In this document: piece by piece, positions 58,516 to 64,000 of the stretch
Layout: every line of letters begins with the position of its first letter
Position numbering within the stretch: the first letter of the stretch is position 1
Origin: an uncultured Leptospirales bacterium
GTDB taxonomy: Bacteria > Spirochaetota > UBA4802 > UBA5550
NCBI GenBank assembly: GCA_964645775.1
Contig: CAZYBU010000001.1
Location: forward strand, 115,639-179,638
Length of the DNA: 64,000 nt
Direction: 5' to 3'
The notes under the pieces: generated by a model
The model's input: only the letters and a program-made list of their open reading frames with translations
What the model was told of the DNA's origin: nothing
Databases searched by the model: none
Made by a program: the position numbers and the translations under genes

Positions 58516-59310
58516 TCAGAGTGATTTAAGAATTCGCTGACCGAAATCGGTGCAGGTTAGGTATACGGTATCATCACCGGAGTCATCATTCATTGAGAGT
58601 ACGTTAAAATGCCGCAGCCAGGTAATCAAATAGAAATCGATAAAGGAAATCTGGAACACGTCCCCACTGGAAGCGAAGCCTGTGATTTCAAAGAATTCGT
58701 TGGTTATCTCAACAAGATTGCCCCTTCCGCTTTGACGGGAGAGAAGGTCGCGGATGATATACCTGCAGTGCCAGAGTTCGTCGGCAGATCCAGGGTCTGA
58801 AGGAAAAATAACTTTCCAGTCTACCCGGTTCCAGAAGGCATCTATGAGACGGAAATAGATACCTGTAACGCTATCATCGCTGACATCCACTTCACCATTT
58901 TTAACCAGTACCATCTGGCCCTTTTTCAGAATGTTTATCATCTGTTTCGCGAAGATCGTGAGAATCTCATCGTCCCATGAGGCATGACGTCTCTCTTCCA
59001 GTCGCTCATCCCTGATGCATTTCTTATAAAAGGCATCGGGCAGGGTGCCTTCATTATCTGCGGTTGGATGGAGTTCCGTAATGCCATCAAGGAGTACACG
59101 GGCCATTACGGTGGCAAAAGATTCTTTTATGGGAATGAGCTCTTCCCTGCGGAAGAGGGGGGTCAATCCAGTATAATAGGTCTGTATGACAGTTTCGGTG
59201 TCACCGGGTAGTGGAGTGGACTCCGGTTCAAATTCATTCAGCCGAAAAAATGGATAGTGAGGGTTGGAAACTTGCCTCTTTTTATCGGTTGGTATCTTTA
59301 TTTTTCCCAT
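58516..59310 (-). CDS. hypothetical protein
   Basis: 264-aa ORF with no recognisable motif. 5 nt upstream of the lipoprotein gene. Confidence 0.45.
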   Translation of the reverse strand: MGKIKIPTDKKRQVSNPHYPFFRLNEFEPESTPLPGDTETVIQTYYTGLTPLFRREELIPIKESFATVMARVLLDGITELHPTADNEGTLPDAFYKKCIRDERLEERRHASWDDEILTIFAKQMINILKKGQMVLVKNGEVDVSDDSVTGIYFRLIDAFWNRVDWKVIFPSDPGSADELWHCRYIIRDLLSRQSGRGNLVEITNEFFEITGFASSGDVFQISFIDFYLITWLRHFNVLSMNDDSGDDTVYLTCTDFGQRILKSL

Positions 59311-59545
59311 CAGCGTTTTAATACTCAGAATATGTGTATTTCAAGAATTAATTACGCTAACGGCAATGTCCCTGCATTGTTCCTTACAGGATATACGTAT
59401 GTGTGTAACCGTCAGCCGTGAGGTGCTATTCAAATTAATTGATAAAACAGTTATAGTAAAATTAATATGACGTCAAGATAAATCTATAAAAAAAATATTT
59501 TTTTTGGAAAGCTCAGACCGCCAAGTCTCCATACAAGAGCATCGC

Positions 59546-60223
59546 TTAATTCCTGAGCATGGCTGCTGCGGTCTCTCCTGAAAGGTTGCCCTGAGCGGTC
59601 AGGGCCTGATCATTTTTCCTGGCTATGAGTTCACCGGTTACTCCGGTTGTCCGGAGAGCGGTTTCAACGTCAAGGTTAAAAGCGGGTGGAATTCCTGACT
59701 TGGCTGAAAGTTCAAAATTTCGTTCCCGGCTGATTTCGAGTCTCCCCCGCAACTTTCCCTGGATAGTGTCGAAACTGTCCGGGGGCACCCTTGCCCCCTG
59801 TTCCAGTCTGCCCCCAAGACGCACGAGATCATCTATTTCGGTGTCACCCGTGGTTACAGGTGGGGGTGGCAGGATGGTCATGGGTGATGTCCGGACATCA
59901 GCCTGCTGTGTGCGCTGATTTGTCCGGGATAGTGAAGTGAGATTAGCCATGGTCTCTTCCAGCTGACGTTTGTCCAGCTCCCCTGTCATTATAGTACGTG
60001 AGGCGATATTTCTGAGCTGGGAAGAGAGGACCATGGCCTCTTGTATGATGTTCATCGACATCCGGGACAGGGAAATGGCACGATTAACGGAACGGTTTGA
60101 GGTTGAAACAGGTTGCCGGAGTGGGGAATTATCAGGTGTACGATTTTCGGGCAGAGGCTGTGTCCTGTTGCCATGCAATCCCTGACCTGGAGTGAAACTG
60201 TTCACATCCTGGTGAATCTTCAT
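59546..60223 (-). CDS. hypothetical low-complexity (Pro/Thr/Arg-rich, probably disordered) protein
   Basis: Start set at MKIHQDV (60223) with GGAGGG RBS (plus 60229-60234). The ORF extends to 60247. No signal peptide. Confidence 0.45.
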   Translation of the reverse strand: MKIHQDVNSFTPGQGLHGNRTQPLPENRTPDNSPLRQPVSTSNRSVNRAISLSRMSMNIIQEAMVLSSQLRNIASRTIMTGELDKRQLEETMANLTSLSRTNQRTQQADVRTSPMTILPPPPVTTGDTEIDDLVRLGGRLEQGARVPPDSFDTIQGKLRGRLEISRERNFELSAKSGIPPAFNLDVETALRTTGVTGELIARKNDQALTAQGNLSGETAAAMLRN

Positions 60224-60257
60224 GATATCCCTCCCTGGGTATGGCACTGCTGCTGAC

Positions 60258-60301
60258 AGTATAATAATATATTGAGAAGGGGGGGGGTGTCAATTTTTTT
60301 T
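60258..60301 (-). promoter_or_regulatory. near-consensus sigma70 promoter whose spacer contains a 9-nt homopolymeric C tract (G9 on + strand)
   Basis: Minus strand reads A8-TTGACA-CCCCCCCCCTTCTCAA-TATATT. The spacer is 16 nt, with the G9 tract at plus 60279-60287. Lies about 35 nt upstream of the 59546-60223 gene. Confidence 0.55.
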
Positions 60302-60382
60302 ACTCGCAGGGAACATTCCTGTTTGTACCTTGACACGGCACACAAATAATGATTTTTCTGAAAGAGAATTATTCAGAGGGAA

Positions 60383-60574
60383 TTGCCCATGAAACAATGG
60401 ATACCTGTTCTTGTTTTGATAATCCTTTTCGGATGTTCAGAGGATAAAAGGAACAGTGTGCCCCTTGACCAGGTAAAACCGGATGGATCAAGTGATTACA
60501 GGTATATTTTCCGTGATATCCTGAAAAAAGAGCAGGAGGAGAAGGCGCGTGAAGAGAGAAACCAGTTCAGATAA
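60383..60574 (+). CDS. possible small lipoprotein
   Basis: 63 aa. Signal peptide plus lipobox LFGC. Overlaps the htrA start. Uncertain. Confidence 0.3.
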   Translation: MPMKQWIPVLVLIILFGCSEDKRNSVPLDQVKPDGSSDYRYIFRDILKKEQEEKAREERNQFR

Positions 60575-61751
60575 GGGTGAAAACATTATTCAAATAATCA
60601 TTGCCTTTAGCAGGGGAAAATTAGCATCCCTGGCAGGAGGAATTCTGGCAGGGATTATCATTACCACGGTCCTTTTTCAGTTTTCCTGTTCCCGTGAGCC
60701 GGGTGACGCCTCTCTCTTTGGCAACAGAATATCTTCTCCTCTCAGGGAAAAGTCCGATAAGACAGAGGCCCACAGGCTCCAGGAGACTTTTCGGGAGATA
60801 TTTGAGCTCTACAGAAACAGGGTCGTTTTTATTACCACGGAACAGGTGGTGAAGGTACCTTCACATCCCTTTTTTGATGATCCCTTTATGAGGGAATTCT
60901 TCGGGGGGCATTCCCGTGTTCAGAAGAGGAGGGGGCTCGGCACCGGGTTTATTCTTTCCGAAGATGGGTATATATGCACTAACCATCATGTGGTCAACGG
61001 CGTTGATAGCATATATGTAAGGATGAACAAGGATGACTACCGTGCAAGGGTGATAGGTACCGACCCTAATACTGATATTGCTCTGCTGAAGATAGATGCG
61101 GACAAAAAGCTGGAACCTGTCTTTTTCGGGGATTCTGACAGGGTAACCGTGGGAGACTGGGCTATTGCCATCGGTAATCCTTTTGGACTGGACCGTACTT
61201 TTACCGTAGGTGTGATAAGCGCAATCCGCAAGGACGTAGACATGGTCGGTAATTCCCATATACAGACAGACGCTTCAATTAATCCGGGAAACTCCGGTGG
61301 TCCCCTCATTAACATTTACGGGGAAGTGATCGGTATTAATCGAATGATCTATTCAAAAAGCGGGGGGCATATAGGGATCGGTTTCGCCATACCGGTCAAC
61401 ACATCTCGTTCAATTCTTGCCCAGCTGAAGAAACATGGACATGTTGAAAGAGGGTTCATAGGTGTAAGCATTGTACCCATGACAGAGGATTACGCCCGAC
61501 AGCTGGGCCTGGATTCGGTTCGGGGCGCTTTTATCGGTGATGTCTTGAAGGGGAGTCCCGCGGATAAAGGCGGCATACGGGTTGGTGACGTTATCCTGGA
61601 GATTGATGGAAAGAGAGTAAAGAATTACAGGGATCTGATCCGAATCGTCGGACAGGCGAAGGTGGGAGAGAAGCTTAGGATGACTGTTTGGAGAGAAGGT
61701 AAACGAAAGAACCTGATGGTTGTAGTGGGAGAGAGGCCGAAAAACTCCTGA
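60549..61751 (+). CDS. htrA: HtrA/DegP-family periplasmic serine protease with one PDZ domain
   Basis: 400 aa. Catalytic triad context (TNHHVV, DIALLKI, GNSGGPL). C-terminal PDZ (GAFIGDVLKGSPADKGGIRVGDVILEIDG). N-terminal TM anchor. Confidence 0.85.
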   Translation: MKRETSSDKGENIIQIIIAFSRGKLASLAGGILAGIIITTVLFQFSCSREPGDASLFGNRISSPLREKSDKTEAHRLQETFREIFELYRNRVVFITTEQVVKVPSHPFFDDPFMREFFGGHSRVQKRRGLGTGFILSEDGYICTNHHVVNGVDSIYVRMNKDDYRARVIGTDPNTDIALLKIDADKKLEPVFFGDSDRVTVGDWAIAIGNPFGLDRTFTVGVISAIRKDVDMVGNSHIQTDASINPGNSGGPLINIYGEVIGINRMIYSKSGGHIGIGFAIPVNTSRSILAQLKKHGHVERGFIGVSIVPMTEDYARQLGLDSVRGAFIGDVLKGSPADKGGIRVGDVILEIDGKRVKNYRDLIRIVGQAKVGEKLRMTVWREGKRKNLMVVVGERPKNS

Positions 61752-61869
61752 GTAAAGCCCTGATTTGTCATACCTTTTGGAGTAATACGTAATTTAGGTA
61801 AAATATTTTCTTCCGATCGGAAAAGAAGTTTACTCCCAACTATAAGATGTTACCTTTTTACCGTAATAT

Positions 61870-62094
61870 ATGGTTTGCGAGGTTGTTATGAGTTCAACGG
61901 CTCGTGGCATTTTGTACATTCTGGGTTTTATCGTGGCGGTATATCTGCTTTTCCAGTATGTATTGCCCTTTCTTCTCAGTTTTCTCGGTGTGGCGCTGAC
62001 CATTATTGTAAAGGTGGTCATGTGGGTGGCCCTGATCGTCGGTTTTGTCGTGCTGGTTTCTTATATCATGCAATATTTTAAAGACAGGAATTGA
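61870..62094 (+). CDS. small membrane protein (2 TM), unknown
   Basis: 74-aa hydrophobic ORF in a 540-bp gap. Confidence 0.3.
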   Translation: MVCEVVMSSTARGILYILGFIVAVYLLFQYVLPFLLSFLGVALTIIVKVVMWVALIVGFVVLVSYIMQYFKDRN

Positions 62095-62293
62095 CAGACC
62101 GGTAACAGAATCCCGTTCTATTCGTCGAAAGGCAGGGTGGTTGATTTAATGACCTTGATTAATTATTTTTATTTATGGGATAATTGTAGAAATAATGATT
62201 GATTTATCATGTTCGAAAAAAAGAATTGGTCGTTCGGGTAAACAGGTTCCCGTAACGTAAGACCATTCTTCACGGCAGCTTCTGATTACCTAC

Positions 62294-64000
62294 ATGAAAA
62301 TAACAAGAGAAAAAATCGTTCCTCTGGTACTTGCTTCCCTTCTACTACTGGTATCCCTTACAGCGGGTGGTGCTTTCGGCTATATTCTTTCGGAACTGCA
62401 TAACATGACGGGTATCGAAAACCTGAAGGCCTTTCAGCCAAGTATTCCGACCCGTCTCTATGATGTTAACGGTGAACTGATAGCGGAACTTTTCGATGAA
62501 AAAAGGGACCTGGTATTCTACGAGGACCTCCCGAAACCGGTGATTCACGCCTTTCTCGCAGCGGAGGATAAGGACTTCTATGACCACTTCGGTATAAATC
62601 CCATGGCTATTGTTCGCGCCATGATAAAGAATATCCAGGCGTCAATATCCGTCGGGGAGATAGTTGTCGTACAGGGTGGTTCAACCATAACCCAGCAGTT
62701 GTCCAAGCGGCTTTTTACGGAGGGAGAACGTACTCTGTCCCGTAAGATTGTGGAGGCGATCATAGCATTGCAGATTGAGAGCCGTTTTTCCAAGGAAGAA
62801 ATCCTTGAGATGTACTTTAACCAGATATACCTGGGGCATGGATGTCACGGTATCGCCACAGCTGCACGTTTTTTCTTTGATAAGGATGTTCGTCATCTTA
62901 ACGCGGCCGAGGCATCTGTTCTCGCCGCCCTGCCTTCCAAACCGAACGGATATTCTCCCCTTCGCTATCCTCGGACGGCCTTTGAAAAGAACAAGGATAC
63001 CGTTCGGCGCATGAAGGAGGCCGGCTTTATTACCGATGACCAGGCCGAAAGGATCTTTACGGAGTTCTGGCCTCGTTTTGTCGACTCCCTCAGGATAGAG
63101 TTCCCGACAAAAACGGCCCTGACGAAAAACGTGGACCGGGCACCCCATTTCACGGATTACATTCGACAGATACTCATATCACGGTTCGGAGAAGAACGGG
63201 TTTATAATGAAGGTATGCAGGTCTATACCACACTCGACCTGAAACGTCAGGAATATGCCGAGAAATCCCTGAAAGAGGGACTTATCCGGCAGGATGAGAT
63301 ATCGACCAAGGCAAACGCATACTACCGTTCGGCCCTGGACAGGGGGCTTTTCGGGGCCTACAGTACCCTGCGCATGATTTTTAATCTTCCCGGTGTCATC
63401 ATCCGAAATGACCTGGAAACGAAATTCAAGAAACTGATGGTCGATGATTTCAATGATTCTATAGACATCCTTGCGCTGCTTACCGGAGTGGAAGGTCCGG
63501 GAGAGGCCTTCCAGGCCTTTAGAGACCTTACTTCGACCATATCCACTTCGATGAAGGTGGAAGGAGCCCTTATAGCCGTGGAACCAAAAACAGGATACAT
63601 CACCAGCATGGTGGGTGGTTCAGAGTTTCAGGTTTCAAACCAGTTTAACAGGGCGGTTCAGGCCCGGAGACAACCCGGTTCGGCTTTCAAGCCCTTCGTG
63701 TATGGTGCCGCTCTCGAGGCCGGTAAGATAACCACGGCAACAAACCTGCCGGACGTGCCCATTGTTGACATCGACGCCCAGGGGGATACCTGGGAGCCGG
63801 GCAACTATGAAGGTGATTACCGGGGAATGGTACCTGTCTATTTTGCTCTGCCGGCTTCCATCAATATCATATCGGTGAGAATCTATGATCTTGTAGGCCC
63901 GGATGTAATTATCGATTACGCGTCACGTATGCTGAATGTTCCGGTTACCAGGTTCAATCCGAATCCTACTCTTGCTCTGGGAACAACCGAGGTAACACCC
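62294..64000 (+). CDS. mrcA: class A penicillin-binding protein (PBP1A-type transglycosylase/transpeptidase), 3' end beyond window
   Basis: Not in the ORF track (no stop in the window). Translation gives a TM anchor. Glycosyltransferase motifs EDKDFYDHFGINP and QGGSTITQQL. Transpeptidase SxxK (GSAFKPF). Confidence 0.85.
   Translation, partial: MKITREKIVPLVLASLLLLVSLTAGGAFGYILSELHNMTGIENLKAFQPSIPTRLYDVNGELIAELFDEKRDLVFYEDLPKPVIHAFLAAEDKDFYDHFGINPMAIVRAMIKNIQASISVGEIVVVQGGSTITQQLSKRLFTEGERTLSRKIVEAIIALQIESRFSKEEILEMYFNQIYLGHGCHGIATAARFFFDKDVRHLNAAEASVLAALPSKPNGYSPLRYPRTAFEKNKDTVRRMKEAGFITDDQAERIFTEFWPRFVDSLRIEFPTKTALTKNVDRAPHFTDYIRQILISRFGEERVYNEGMQVYTTLDLKRQEYAEKSLKEGLIRQDEISTKANAYYRSALDRGLFGAYSTLRMIFNLPGVIIRNDLETKFKKLMVDDFNDSIDILALLTGVEGPGEAFQAFRDLTSTISTSMKVEGALIAVEPKTGYITSMVGGSEFQVSNQFNRAVQARRQPGSAFKPFVYGAALEAGKITTATNLPDVPIVDIDAQGDTWEPGNYEGDYRGMVPVYFALPASINIISVRIYDLVGPDVIIDYASRMLNVPVTRFNPNPTLALGTTEVTP

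Noticed and set aside
59470-59510. A8-TATTTTTTTT tract between the two unknown minus-strand genes
   Set aside because: A/T homopolymers of this length are common in AT-rich intergenic DNA and much less slippage-prone than G/C tracts. There is no promoter geometry around it.
57736-60400. Genomic island integrated at the ssrA 3' end
   Set aside because: No integrase gene and no obvious direct repeat of the ssrA 3' end downstream. Kept only as a low-interest note.

Overview
This 64-kb window is a densely coded chromosomal segment of an unplaced, probably anaerobic diderm bacterium. It carries a tungsten-type aldehyde:ferredoxin oxidoreductase, Fe-S proteins and a UbiD-like decarboxylase. Signal-peptide proteins with a T9SS/FlgD-Ig-like C-terminus are present. 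GC content is about 50-55 %, dropping to about 40 % between 36.6 and 41.4 kb. The identifiable content, in order, is as follows:
- a GAF sensor kinase and a REC-HD-GYP regulator pair
- asnS
- an aldehyde:ferredoxin oxidoreductase gene followed by two Fe-ADH genes
- an ATP-grasp plus CocE/NonD hydrolase pair
- a minus-strand STAS - epimerase - membrane protein - Fe-S protein string
- a penicillin/AHL-acylase-family gene
- an aldehyde dehydrogenase
- a TetR - TolC - hairpin-less MFP - RND - small coupled ORF efflux operon, converging on a second TolC-like plus RND pair that lacks an MFP
- a UbiD-like gene
- an HhH-GPD glycosylase
- a low-GC islet (DUF362, DinB-like, RHH-like, lipid kinase) punctuated by four copies of a 13-nt motif
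- rpiB
- cca
- a 1110-aa protein with two discoidin domains and 16 near-identical tandem 96-bp (32-aa) phage-tail-fibre-like repeats
- trxA
- dtd
- an LTD secreted protein plus two putative OM beta-barrels, one carrying a ComEA-like HhH module
- tmRNA (ssrA, tag ANDNFALAA)
- several unknown minus-strand genes
- htrA
- the 5' part of a class A PBP
No CRISPR array, rRNA, tRNA, integrase or transposase is visible. The most striking signals are:
1. a near-consensus sigma70 promoter whose -35/-10 spacer is a G9/C9 homopolymer (a candidate phase-variable switch)
2. the giant repeat protein
3. the LTD/ComEA outer-membrane cluster
4. the motif-marked low-GC islet
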